Notes under the pieces: generated by a model | Databases searched by the model: none | Seen by the model: the letters and a program-made list of their open reading frames with translations, nothing else | Told to the model about the DNA's origin: nothing | Made by a program: the position numbers and the translations under genes | Shown: piece by piece, positions 49,325 through 59,350 of the stretch | Position numbering within the stretch: position 1 is the stretch's first letter | How the letters are laid out: each line of letters begins with the position of its first letter | Assembly (NCBI GenBank): GCA_018920185.1 | Contig: JAHLMT010000001.1 | Coordinates: 190,717-254,716 of the forward strand | DNA from: Candidatus Aenigmatarchaeota archaeon | GTDB taxonomy: Archaea; Aenigmatarchaeota; Aenigmatarchaeia; CG10238-14; SCSR01 | Length of the DNA: 64,000 bases | Direction of reading: 5' to 3'

Positions 49325-50722
49325 ATGGTACTCAAGCTTTTCGACACAATGACAAAAAAGAAAAAAATATTCAAACCTTTGAAAGACAAGGAAGTAAAAA
49401 TGTTTGTATGTGGACAAACTGTATATGACGATGCTCATCTTGGACATGCTAAAACTTATGTAAATTTTGATATACTCGCACGATTTCTCAGATATTTAGG
49501 TTACAAACTCCATTACATCCAAAATATTACAGATATAGATGACAAGATAATCAATAGGGCAAAAGAAAAGGGAGAACATCCTTTGAAACTTGCAGAACAC
49601 TTCACCAAAAGATTCTTCGAAGATATAGAACGATTGAAAATAAAAGAAACTATTAATGACTTTCCCAAATCAACAGATTATATCCCTCAAATGATAGACC
49701 AGATTAATACTTTATTGAAAAAAGGATATGCATATGTTGTAGATGGGGATGTTTATTTCGACGTCTCAAAATTCAAAGACTATACCAAACTCTCAAGAAT
49801 GAAGCTTAAAGACCTAGAAAAACACAGGATAGAACCTGACGAACGAAAGAGAAATTCTTACGATTTCTCACTATGGAAATCGGCCAAACTAGATGAAATT
49901 TCGTGGGACTCTCCTTTTGGAAAAGGAAGACCAGGATGGCACATTGAAGATACTGCAATTACAGTAACAATATTCGGTCCACAATATGATATTCATGGCG
50001 GGGCTAACGAGCTGATATTTCCACATCACACAAATGAGATAGCTCAAGCAGAAGCTGCCACTGGTATTAAACCCTTTGTTAAATATTGGTTGCATTCAGG
50101 TGTTCTTAATATTCGTGGACAAAAAATGAGCAAATCTCTAAAAAATTTTATCACAATTCGTGAAGCTCTTGAAAAGTATTCACCCGAAACTTTGAGATTA
50201 TGGATTGCTTCTACTCATTACAGAAAACCTATAGATTACAATGAAAAAGATTTAGAAGTTGCAAAGAAAAAGATAGAAAAGATCAAGCTAACATTAGAGA
50301 GGATTAATGAGAACTATTCAAAAGCTGGAAAAGGAGAGTTTTTTGTTAACAAAATTAAAAAACTGAGGAAAGAGTTTCTTGATGCAATGAACGACGATAT
50401 CAATACACCCCTCGCTTTAACAAAATATTTTGAACTAATAACTCTGATAAATAAACAGATAGATAAAAATCAATTTTCCAAGAACGATTTAAAACTTGCT
50501 GAAGAAACTATGAAAGAATTTGGAAATTTATTCCAGATAATTCCAGAGTTAGAGAAAAAAGAGCTACCTAAAGAAGTTTTAGAATTAATAAAGAAAAGAG
50601 AAACTATGAGAAAGATTGGTGATTTTGAAACCGCAGATAAAATTAGGAATGAAATTAAAGAGAGATTTGGAATAATTCTGGAAGATACAAAAGAAGGAGT
50701 TAAATGGAAATTTGTTGAGTAG
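49325..50722 (+). CDS. cysS: cysteinyl-tRNA synthetase
   Basis: CGQTVY, HLGH, GRPGWHIE, FPHHTNE, KMSKS. Confidence 0.95.
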   Translation: MVLKLFDTMTKKKKIFKPLKDKEVKMFVCGQTVYDDAHLGHAKTYVNFDILARFLRYLGYKLHYIQNITDIDDKIINRAKEKGEHPLKLAEHFTKRFFEDIERLKIKETINDFPKSTDYIPQMIDQINTLLKKGYAYVVDGDVYFDVSKFKDYTKLSRMKLKDLEKHRIEPDERKRNSYDFSLWKSAKLDEISWDSPFGKGRPGWHIEDTAITVTIFGPQYDIHGGANELIFPHHTNEIAQAEAATGIKPFVKYWLHSGVLNIRGQKMSKSLKNFITIREALEKYSPETLRLWIASTHYRKPIDYNEKDLEVAKKKIEKIKLTLERINENYSKAGKGEFFVNKIKKLRKEFLDAMNDDINTPLALTKYFELITLINKQIDKNQFSKNDLKLAEETMKEFGNLFQIIPELEKKELPKEVLELIKKRETMRKIGDFETADKIRNEIKERFGIILEDTKEGVKWKFVE

Positions 50723-50735
50723 GTCTAATAAATAT

Positions 50736-51223
50736 CTATACCCCTTTTCTTTTCATTTTGATTAATCTAAAAATTGTGTTTCATCTGGATTTGGAACGGC
50801 TAAAAGAACATCCCAGAACTTGACTTGTACCACTAATCTAACCTGCTAAAGATTGTATGCAGATACTACCAAAACCAAACAGTCTTTCCCAGAAAGTTCG
50901 AGAAATTATCACATCCGAAATTCTTTCATGGGCATCGATGTTATTCGATAGACAATTATTCCTCGTTTGTGTATAACTGTTTTGTTTGTTATCCAACTGC
51001 TTATATTCTCATACAGCAAATAACTAGACCGATGATAAGCCGCGCAGGTAATAAAACACCAATCCATAAAAACAAATTATTCCAAGATAATGAGTCAAAT
51101 TGAAACGGTAGTACCAAAGTTAAAAAACGAGCCAGCCAAACCTTCAATCAAAAAAAAAGAAATACAATTAAAACCTGTTAGGCCTTTCATCAAGAATTTT
51201 TTCCCTGCAGATTAATCTTCCAT
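50736..51223 (-). pseudogene. degraded bPH_2 membrane protein gene
   Basis: across frameshifts and stops: WITNKTVIHKRGII..., RISDVIISRTFWERLFGFGSICIQSLAG. Confidence 0.6.
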
Positions 51224-51296
51224 ATAAAAAACATATGTAAAAATTTAAATCCCTCATTTCAATATATTTTGAGAAGTTATCTTCTCAAGGTATTCC

Positions 51297-52586
51297 ATGG
51301 TCGATTTTCGTCGTGTATTGCAATGGTATTCTCACGAATCTGTTCAGAAAGCTCTTGTTGAAGCAGGAAAAAATCGTGAGGTAGTCTCAGTTTTCCAAGA
51401 CGGCTCCTTCGGCAAACGTCCCGATGTTATACAATACCCTACAGATGTGATTCAAGCCGTAGCAGAAGGTACGGTATCATTTCACGGTTCTGTCGAGCAA
51501 TGGAGTAATCCTATGGAGCTCGATGTGGGCATGACTAAAGCTCAACTAGACAAGTTGAGAACTGGATGGAGTCTGATAATAGATCCCGATGTGAAAGATT
51601 TTGAAATTGCCAAACTTGTTACCAAAGAAATTGTCGGTCTATTGTACAAGCATGGAGTAAAAAACATTTCTGTTAAATTTACAGGTGGTAAAGGTTTCCA
51701 TATAGGTATTCCATTTGAATCATTCCCTGAAAGAATAAACTTACAACCAACAAATATTTTATATCCCTCACTATACCAGACAATAATTGAATACATTAAA
51801 TGGTACTCAAAAGATTCACTGAAAGAAAAATTGCTTGCATTTGATGATGCAGAAAATCTAGCGAAAAGAATTGGTAAGTCTCTAAAAGATATCACAGTTG
51901 ATAACGAGCTTGATCCATTCAAATTAATTTCGATGGACATTTTTGGTTCACGACATTTGTTCAGATTGCCTTATTCTTTGCACGAGTCCAGTTTACTAGT
52001 TAGTCTACCAATAAAACCAGAAAAAATAGACAAATTTAAAAAAGAAGACGCCACAATAGAACGAGCTAAAGTCGAAGAGAAATTTCTGATACCGGTAGAA
52101 AAGAATGATGCAGAAGGTCTTGTTGTTGAAGCTTTAGATTGGGCAAGTAAATATAAACTAGAAATTAAAGAAGAACTACCACAAATGAAAAAATTTGTTA
52201 GAATGCAAGAAATACCAGAAATGTTCTTTCCACCTTGCATTAAATTTCTTTTGAAGGGGCTCTCGGACGGAAGAAAAAGAGCATTATTCATCCTAATTAC
52301 TTTCTTAAGAAACATGGGATGGAGTGACGAAAAAATTCAAAATAAAATTTTTGAATGGAATGAAAAGAATATACCACCATTGCGAGCAAATTATTTACGT
52401 TCACAACTAAGATGGCATTTTAGACAAGATAGAAATCTACTACCACCAAATTGCGATAATGAAACATTTTACAAACAAATCGGAGCTTATGACATCTGTT
52501 GCAAAGAAGTAGATCATGCAAATGTAAAGAATCCTGTTAATGTTCCTTTAAGAAAATTAAAAGAAAGAAAACAAAGAATTAAATGA
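51297..52586 (+). CDS. DNA primase, fused PriS-PriL type
   Basis: IIDPDV, KFTGGKGFH, RLPYSLH (AEP); FPPCI...GRKRALF...PPNC (PriL-CTD). Confidence 0.88.
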   Translation: MVDFRRVLQWYSHESVQKALVEAGKNREVVSVFQDGSFGKRPDVIQYPTDVIQAVAEGTVSFHGSVEQWSNPMELDVGMTKAQLDKLRTGWSLIIDPDVKDFEIAKLVTKEIVGLLYKHGVKNISVKFTGGKGFHIGIPFESFPERINLQPTNILYPSLYQTIIEYIKWYSKDSLKEKLLAFDDAENLAKRIGKSLKDITVDNELDPFKLISMDIFGSRHLFRLPYSLHESSLLVSLPIKPEKIDKFKKEDATIERAKVEEKFLIPVEKNDAEGLVVEALDWASKYKLEIKEELPQMKKFVRMQEIPEMFFPPCIKFLLKGLSDGRKRALFILITFLRNMGWSDEKIQNKIFEWNEKNIPPLRANYLRSQLRWHFRQDRNLLPPNCDNETFYKQIGAYDICCKEVDHANVKNPVNVPLRKLKERKQRIK

Positions 52587-53203
52587 TGAAAGTAGAAGCT
52601 TATTGTGATAGTAGACAAGGTGCCGACCATTTTGAAAATGAGGATGCAATTCTTTTTAACAAAAAGAAAAATCTTTTCGCTATCGCCGATGGTGTTACTC
52701 TACCTTTTGGTGGGAAAGAGGCGAGCACTCGATCGGTTAAATATCTAAACAAATTCTTTGCTGGTGATCTTGAAGAAGCATTTGAAAAAGTAAATGCAAA
52801 AATATTGGAAGATAAAGAGAAGAATCCTGCTATTGGATACACAACTCTGGTTGCAGCTCACATTAAAAACGATAAAACCGTTGAAATCGCAAGTGTCGGC
52901 GACAGTAGAGCTTATTTAATAAACCATGGTATAGAGCTTTTGTTAGCACCATCACTTAATTCTGTTATCGGTCAACAAAAAATTTTAATCGATGTGTGGA
53001 AACATAAACTTGACCCTACAGAAATAATCATGCTATGTACAGACGGAGTTATTAATGTTGTCAAAGAAGACGAAATTGAAAAAATCGTGAAAAGTAACAG
53101 TATGAGAGATGCTATTGTTAAAATATTAGATGTAGCAGAAAATCGGCCAACAAGTTATAACGATGATAAAACTATAATCTTGTTGAAACTAAAAGATATT
53201 TAA
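52583..53203 (+). CDS. PP2C-type protein phosphatase
   Basis: ENED, IADG, VGDSRAY, CTDG, DDKT. Confidence 0.88.
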   Translation: MMKVEAYCDSRQGADHFENEDAILFNKKKNLFAIADGVTLPFGGKEASTRSVKYLNKFFAGDLEEAFEKVNAKILEDKEKNPAIGYTTLVAAHIKNDKTVEIASVGDSRAYLINHGIELLLAPSLNSVIGQQKILIDVWKHKLDPTEIIMLCTDGVINVVKEDEIEKIVKSNSMRDAIVKILDVAENRPTSYNDDKTIILLKLKDI

Positions 53204-53232
53204 CTTTTCTAACTTTCATATTAAATGAAAAC

Positions 53233-53763
53233 ATGGCAGAGGAAACTATCACATTCGAACTTATAAGAAAAATCCAGCTTGAAGAACAAAAAGCACCAAT
53301 TTTGACCAAATTACCGACAAATTTCTTTAATGCTGTATCAAATTATCTAGAACAAAAAAGAAAACTAATCTCAGATGAAGATAGAAAGAGTTCACTAGAA
53401 CTCAGAAATATAGAAAGACTAGTTGAAGATATATTTAATAGGAGGGAGAGAAAGATAATTAACGCGGCAATAATAAATGCAAGAAGTGGATTACCGCCAG
53501 AAAATCTTAGCGAAGAAGAAAAATCATTTTATAATTCGATCGTAACACTTATTAAAAATAGAAGAAATGATTTGCTTAAAAATCTGTTAACAGGTAAAAC
53601 AGAATCAGTTTTTACGGTAGTTTTTAAGGAAGATACTCCTGAGTTTGTAGGTATTGACGAAAAAACTTATGGTCCATTTAAAAAAGGTGATGTAACAAAT
53701 ATTCCTGAGGAGAATGCAAAAATCCTGATTGAAAGAGGAATTGTGGAAAAGCTTAAAGGTTGA
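53233..53763 (+). CDS. GINS subunit (Gins51-like)
   Basis: RRERKII, FVGIDEKTYGPFKKGD, NAKILIERG. Confidence 0.85.
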   Translation: MAEETITFELIRKIQLEEQKAPILTKLPTNFFNAVSNYLEQKRKLISDEDRKSSLELRNIERLVEDIFNRRERKIINAAIINARSGLPPENLSEEEKSFYNSIVTLIKNRRNDLLKNLLTGKTESVFTVVFKEDTPEFVGIDEKTYGPFKKGDVTNIPEENAKILIERGIVEKLKG

Positions 53764-54407
53764 TTGTCTTGTTAATTAACATAGAAGCTATAGCTACAGA
53801 TTTTGATTTTGTATTGGGGAAACCATCTTGGGTAAGATATTTACGTATACTATATAGAACTTTAAAAAGAACAAATCCTGAAATTACCGAAAGTTTACTA
53901 TCACTACCTTCTAACTTTCTTTTATTGCGTATTTTAGAATATTTTGCAGAAAGAGTTCTGCTAAATTTTTCTTTATTTGACGGAAGACATTCCCCACTTG
54001 TCGACCCCTTACTATTAAAATCTTATAGTAAATATGGTTTAATTGGAGTTTTTTCAAGACGGTCTACAAAACAACTTCAAAAAAAGTTAGATGAATTGGG
54101 CTATATAGATTTTATATACGCATGTGTTGGATCTGACGATATGGTAAGTACAATAAGAAAAGAATATATATCGAAATGTATTGAACGATTGGGTGTCCCG
54201 CCAAAATCTATTCTGGTTATGAGCGATTCGCCCTCTGATCTCCAAAAAGCAAGAAATGAATACGGAGCAAAGATATGTGCAGTTCCAACAGGGTACCACT
54301 CGATAGAATCTTTAAAAAGACTTAATCCCGATTTTCTAATGAATGCTCAAAGTGTATTTGAAACTTTACTTAACCAAGTACAAAATCAATTAAATTTGGG
54401 TGATTAG
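53760..54407 (+). CDS. HAD-superfamily hydrolase
   Basis: DFDFVL, SDSPSD, VPTG. Confidence 0.7.
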   Translation: MIVLLINIEAIATDFDFVLGKPSWVRYLRILYRTLKRTNPEITESLLSLPSNFLLLRILEYFAERVLLNFSLFDGRHSPLVDPLLLKSYSKYGLIGVFSRRSTKQLQKKLDELGYIDFIYACVGSDDMVSTIRKEYISKCIERLGVPPKSILVMSDSPSDLQKARNEYGAKICAVPTGYHSIESLKRLNPDFLMNAQSVFETLLNQVQNQLNLGD

Positions 54408-54479
54408 ATTTTTAATATTCATTTAAAAGAAGCCTTCGAAGGCATTTGGAAAATAATAACAACTCAAAGAACTTTTAAA

Positions 54480-54761
54480 GTGATGCTAGCGATAGCATTA
54501 ATAACTATAATAGCGGCTTTCTATTTTGATTTCAACCGGACAGAGTGGTTAATACTAATAATAATGATTAATTTAGTTCTAACCTCTGAAATGCTAAATA
54601 CAGCTATAGAATTCTTGTCAGATAGAGTTAACAATAAATACGACAGTAAGATAAAAGTTGTAAAAGACATTTCTGCTGGTGCTGTATTAACAGCTTCCAT
54701 AACTTCTGTAATCGTGGGTATAATTCTCTTTTATCCAAAAATTTTAATATTCTTAAAGTAA
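54480..54761 (+). CDS. dgkA: DgkA/undecaprenol kinase family (5' end disrupted)
   Basis: [16 protein letters not shown]; in-frame upstream KEAFEGIW has no in-frame start. Confidence 0.75.
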   Translation: MMLAIALITIIAAFYFDFNRTEWLILIIMINLVLTSEMLNTAIEFLSDRVNNKYDSKIKVVKDISAGAVLTASITSVIVGIILFYPKILIFLK

Positions 54762-54778
54762 ATGTTCAATTGATTAAA

Positions 54779-55060
54779 ATGAAATTCCCGTCAAAAATTC
54801 GTACACATTGCCCGAACTGTAAGAAACACACCGAACACACGGTAGAGTTAGCGAAGAAAAAACCAAGAAGAACGTTGGCACAAGGTCAGAGAAGATTCTT
54901 ACGATTAATGAAAGGATATGGCAGCTTTCCAAGACCTCAACCAGAATACGAAAAATCTACCAAAAAAATAGACCTCAGATACAAATGTTTGGAATGTGGT
55001 AAGAAGCATACGAGAGGTGAAGGTTGGAGAGCTAAAAAATTCGAAATTGTCAAGGTATGA
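54779..55060 (+). CDS. rpl44e: 50S ribosomal protein L44e
   Basis: [22 protein letters not shown]. Confidence 0.95.
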   Translation: MKFPSKIRTHCPNCKKHTEHTVELAKKKPRRTLAQGQRRFLRLMKGYGSFPRPQPEYEKSTKKIDLRYKCLECGKKHTRGEGWRAKKFEIVKV

Positions 55061-55251
55061 CTATGGAAGAACTAATCCAAATGCCAAAAAGCAAGTTCCT
55101 TCGTGTAGCTTGTAAGAACTGTAAAAACGATCAGATAGTATTCGATAAAGCATCTACACTTGTGAAGTGTATGAAATGTAACGCAGAACTTGTTATTCCC
55201 ACCGGTGGTAAATCAGAAATATATGGTAAAATATTGCAAACTCTATCGTAA
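55057..55251 (+). CDS. rps27e: 30S ribosomal protein S27e
   Basis: [16 protein letters not shown]...PTGG. Confidence 0.95.
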   Translation: MTMEELIQMPKSKFLRVACKNCKNDQIVFDKASTLVKCMKCNAELVIPTGGKSEIYGKILQTLS

Positions 55252-55285
55252 ACTTTAAATATATCTTTTAACTTTAAATTTAATT

Positions 55286-55708
55286 ATGCCTTGGGGATAT
55301 TGGGATCCTTTTGAAGAAATGGAGAGAATGAGAAAAAGGATGCAAGATCTATTCCACAGATTTGGCGAAACACTCGAAGAAGAAACCTACGGATTCCCTC
55401 TCGACATCAGTGAGACAGATGAGGATTTAATAGTTAGAGCAGAATTACCAGGATTTAATAAAGATGAAATTTCAATCAAAGCTACTGAAAATAGTCTAGA
55501 TATATCAGCCGAACATAAAGAAAAGAAAATAGAAAAGACAGAAAAGATTCTTAGAGCTGAAAGGAAATATGGTCACGTGAGAAGATTTGTGACTCTACCG
55601 ACAGAAGTTAATCTTGATAATGTAGATGCTAATTTTGAAAATGGTGTGTTAACGATAAGGTTGAAAAAGGCAAAAGCAAGGAAAGTTAAAGAAATAAATA
55701 TAGAGTAA
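55286..55708 (+). CDS. small heat-shock protein Hsp20
   Basis: AELPGF, ANFENGVLTI. Confidence 0.92.
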   Translation: MPWGYWDPFEEMERMRKRMQDLFHRFGETLEEETYGFPLDISETDEDLIVRAELPGFNKDEISIKATENSLDISAEHKEKKIEKTEKILRAERKYGHVRRFVTLPTEVNLDNVDANFENGVLTIRLKKAKARKVKEINIE

Positions 55709-55768
55709 AATCAATAATGCTTCATACAAAAATTAATCTTTTTAAATTCCTAATAATTAATAGATGGC

Positions 55769-56323
55769 ATGTTTTGGGACAAAAAGTGCAAGAATTGTGG
55801 CAACAAGGTTGATAGAAAATGGATTTTCTGTCCTTATTGTAGTTCGCCCCTAAAAGAAATTAAAGAAAAAGACATATTTCAAGAAGTTGACAAAGAATTT
55901 CGTCAAATAGACAAAATGGTGGAAGCGAAAATTCCCAAATTCATACTTAAACCTCCTCTGAAAGCAAAGGGCTTTGGTATAACAATTACTATGGATAATA
56001 TATCACCACCCAAAATCAACGTTCGGACATATGGTGAACCCAAGCACCATAGTAAATATGAAGAAAAACCTGTTAGAGTACCAAAAGTCACCGAAGAACC
56101 AGAAACAAAAATTCAACGTATTCAAAATAAACAAATAATAACACTAAATTTACCTGATGTGAAAAATCTTGATGATATAGAAATCAGACAATTACAACAA
56201 AGTATTGAAATAAAAGCTTTCGCCGGCGATAAGGCTTACTTCAAGCTGATTCCCGTTCCTTCTAATGCTACGATTAATAATGAGTTTAAAGATGGTGTGC
56301 TGAAGATAGAAATTGTAAAATAA
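55769..56323 (+). CDS. zinc-ribbon + Hsp20-like domain protein
   Basis: CKNC...CPYC; FKDGVLKI. Confidence 0.75.
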   Translation: MFWDKKCKNCGNKVDRKWIFCPYCSSPLKEIKEKDIFQEVDKEFRQIDKMVEAKIPKFILKPPLKAKGFGITITMDNISPPKINVRTYGEPKHHSKYEEKPVRVPKVTEEPETKIQRIQNKQIITLNLPDVKNLDDIEIRQLQQSIEIKAFAGDKAYFKLIPVPSNATINNEFKDGVLKIEIVK

Positions 56324-56324
56324 A

Positions 56325-57134
56325 TTAACTCCAATTTACAATATTTCTCGCGAATATCAGATTATCAAACAATTCGATATTTTTGTTCGTGAAAATATCC
56401 GTATCACATATAGCCAAAACTTTACCTTTACCAACTTCTGCAACTGCTACAACAGGTAGTTTAACTTTTTCTGTTCCTAATGAAGAGCGGGCAGTCTCTT
56501 TAGTATAAATAACAGAATTAGCAGGTTTAACTACAGTCAAACTGCATGCGTCATGTGTAACAATTTTTTCTAGTTCTGCAGTCAAATTTCGTGTAATATT
56601 ATTTTCGACAAATTCTCCTAAGATAGGATTTCTATAGAATAGCCAGTAATTTGTTAAATCATAAACTCTCTCATTATTAAATAAAATTCCAGTATTAAAA
56701 GAAAGCTCATTCAAAATAGGGGCTGATTCTTTTTCACCTAATAAAATCAGAGTCATCCCTTTTTTAATAGCCTGATCCAGTATATACATCTCATCTTTTG
56801 TATAAGTTAAGTTAGGTGAAATAATAACCAAAATATCAATACCAACAAGATTTTCTATACTCCCATTAATAGTACTAATCCATGATTCAGAATCTCTAAA
56901 CAATGATGCAAATCTAGAATACTCACCAAAAATAGAATATTTCGGTTCGTGACCTAAGTCAAATGCAACATTTCTAACATTCTTTTCTATCACAACTTCT
57001 TTTGTTTTTTCAGGCACCGATATCGAAACTCGTATATCCGGTCTTGTGAATTCTTCAGGTCTTGGTAATAGAGAAAATACTATCAAACCAATCAAAATCA
57101 AAATCAAACCAATCATCAATAGTGTAAATTTCAT
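56325..57134 (-). CDS. membrane-anchored DUF4350/GldG-like protein
   Basis: N-terminal TM, FDLGH, GKGKVLAICD, NIVNW. Confidence 0.65.
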   Translation of the reverse strand: MKFTLLMIGLILILIGLIVFSLLPRPEEFTRPDIRVSISVPEKTKEVVIEKNVRNVAFDLGHEPKYSIFGEYSRFASLFRDSESWISTINGSIENLVGIDILVIISPNLTYTKDEMYILDQAIKKGMTLILLGEKESAPILNELSFNTGILFNNERVYDLTNYWLFYRNPILGEFVENNITRNLTAELEKIVTHDACSLTVVKPANSVIYTKETARSSLGTEKVKLPVVAVAEVGKGKVLAICDTDIFTNKNIELFDNLIFARNIVNWS

Positions 57135-57967
57135 TCTTCACCACCTTTAACATAAAGAAGATAGAAAGCTGGTGTTGTAGTTGAGTTGCTTCTGAACTTT
57201 TCATAGGATACATATAACGGAAATCCTGTTTCTGTTGGATACACATATATTGTTCTGGCATAGAGTAAGCCCGACATTTCTTTAGCTTTACCAACCGCAT
57301 CATCTAATCCACCAATTTCGTCGATTAAACCTTTATCAAGCGCATCATAACCAATAAAGAGCCGTGCGGTAAGCAATTCATCAGTAGTTGCCTTCAACTT
57401 ATCACCTCTGTGAGCTTCAACTATTTTCAGGAAATCTTGTTTCAACAATTCTAATGAACGAAATATCTCCTCTTCATCTACAGCTTGTTTGAAAGGACCA
57501 GAAGTTATTATACTTGATTTCTCCAATTCCTCCGGTATTTCAACTACGACACCGATACCTCCAACATCAGAAGATTGCTTGGCGAAAATGTAATCTGTTG
57601 CAACAGAAAGATAATAAGCGCCAGATGCAGCTGTATTATCGATAGATGTGACAACTGGTTTAATTGATCTTAATTTCAAAATTTTCAAATAGACTTCATG
57701 TATTTCAGGTGCACTTCCACCTGGGCTATTAATTCTTAACACGACAGCTTTCACATCGGTTCTTTTCTCCAAATCTTCTAATGCATTCAATATAGGTACT
57801 AACTCTTGGGAAAAAATGGCACCTTGTATGTTTAGAACAGCAATCTTTGCATCAAAAAAAGAATAAATCGCATATCCTGTCAGAGTCAAAGCTATCAAAA
57901 GAAGCACAAGTTCACGTTTATCAGTTCGTTTAGTAAAATGTCTAACCCATTTAACTAGAAAGCCCAT
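57131..57967 (-). CDS. sppA: signal peptide peptidase SppA (S49)
   Basis: INSPGGS, AASGAYY, GLIDEIG. Confidence 0.88.
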   Translation of the reverse strand: MGFLVKWVRHFTKRTDKRELVLLLIALTLTGYAIYSFFDAKIAVLNIQGAIFSQELVPILNALEDLEKRTDVKAVVLRINSPGGSAPEIHEVYLKILKLRSIKPVVTSIDNTAASGAYYLSVATDYIFAKQSSDVGGIGVVVEIPEELEKSSIITSGPFKQAVDEEEIFRSLELLKQDFLKIVEAHRGDKLKATTDELLTARLFIGYDALDKGLIDEIGGLDDAVGKAKEMSGLLYARTIYVYPTETGFPLYVSYEKFRSNSTTTPAFYLLYVKGGEE

Positions 57968-58029
57968 AACAATTCTTGAAAGAAAAACTATTAATCTCCA
58001 AAACCCGAATTGCGAAAGATTTAAATAAC

Positions 58030-59251
58030 TTATTGCAGCTTGTATCTTAAGAATCCTCCAATACCACCCAACTGTTTGAATTGTTTACCTTCTGGTGTAT
58101 CGGTAGAAATAAGTTCAACTTTAGTTCCAAAATTTTGTGCCTTTTCTGCTAACAATTCGCCAAGAGAATCTTTATCTTCCACATTTAAGGATTCCCCACA
58201 GATATCGCACGCTTGCCTTTCGATCTCCTCTTCAGGTAAATCTCTTTCAGTCTCGTGTGTATTACTACATTTTAACTTTACTCTCACCCAATCAAATCCT
58301 TCTGATATGAGTAAACTCTCGATAGCACCTAGATTAAGAGCTTCTATAGTTTGAGTGTATCCATAAACAACATTTCCTCCCTTCTGCAACTCTACAAAAA
58401 ATTTTTGAAGTAATTGCCTTTCTTTCATCACGGCAGCTTCTTTCAACAAGTCTTCAGAACGTTGTACCAACTCTTCAAATCCATGCTCACCAGTATATCC
58501 GATATCTTTAATACCCAAAATTTTTGCTCGTAATTGATAATTCAAATACTCACCTTTCACAAACTGATCTTTTATATAACCAGGACCGCCAATTAGAATA
58601 CCTTTCAATTCTGGTTGTCTCAAAAATGATTCTGATGCTATCTCGCCGACTTTTGTCAAGAAATTATTTATCGCATCTTCTCTTATCCTATCATACCTAA
58701 CTTGTGACATTCCACCTTTAATCGCCTTACCAGGTACAGTAGAGTCCAGATGTTTTAATTGAATAATTTTCTTTCCATGTAACAAACCGATGTCAGCTTC
58801 TTTCGCATCCAAGACAATCAAACCGTAAACTTCTTTTTCAGCAATCATTTCTCTTAAAGGATCTAAGACAAAAACTTGGTCACACCAATAAATTTTAGTA
58901 TTCATCTTTTCAGGAGGTTCGATACTCCAGATTTTCAAATCTTGCCTACCCTCGACAGGTGAGACATTACCACAAAAGACAATCAAACCATTTTCTGGTG
59001 TTTCTCTGAAAATTCTCAAATGCTGGATAATTTTTTCTAATGCGTCAAGTACGTTCTTTCGTGTTGCTTTTGATTTAATATTCATTGCAGTTGACTTCTC
59101 GGTGTAAAGCTGATTGATGATATCATTTAAATTATACCCTGCAGGAATGTATACAGAAATTAATTCAGTATGCCTTCCCCGTACTGATTCCAACTCTTTC
59201 AAAAGTTTCTTTATCCTTAGTTTTATTTCGTCGTTAAATGCAGCTCACCAC
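58030..59251 (-). CDS. prf1: peptide chain release factor aRF1 (5' end requires +1 shift or alternative start)
   Basis: NIKS, YWCD, KGGMSQ (GGQ variant), GGIGGFLRY; frame open only to 59244; track start TTG 59202. Confidence 0.92.
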
Positions 59252-59350
59252 TTTTAATTTAGTCTTTTGCGAACTTAATTTATGTAATTGAAAGATATTT
59301 AAACTTTAAATTTCCTAATTATTTATATTAAGTGAGAGACATGGTTCCTG

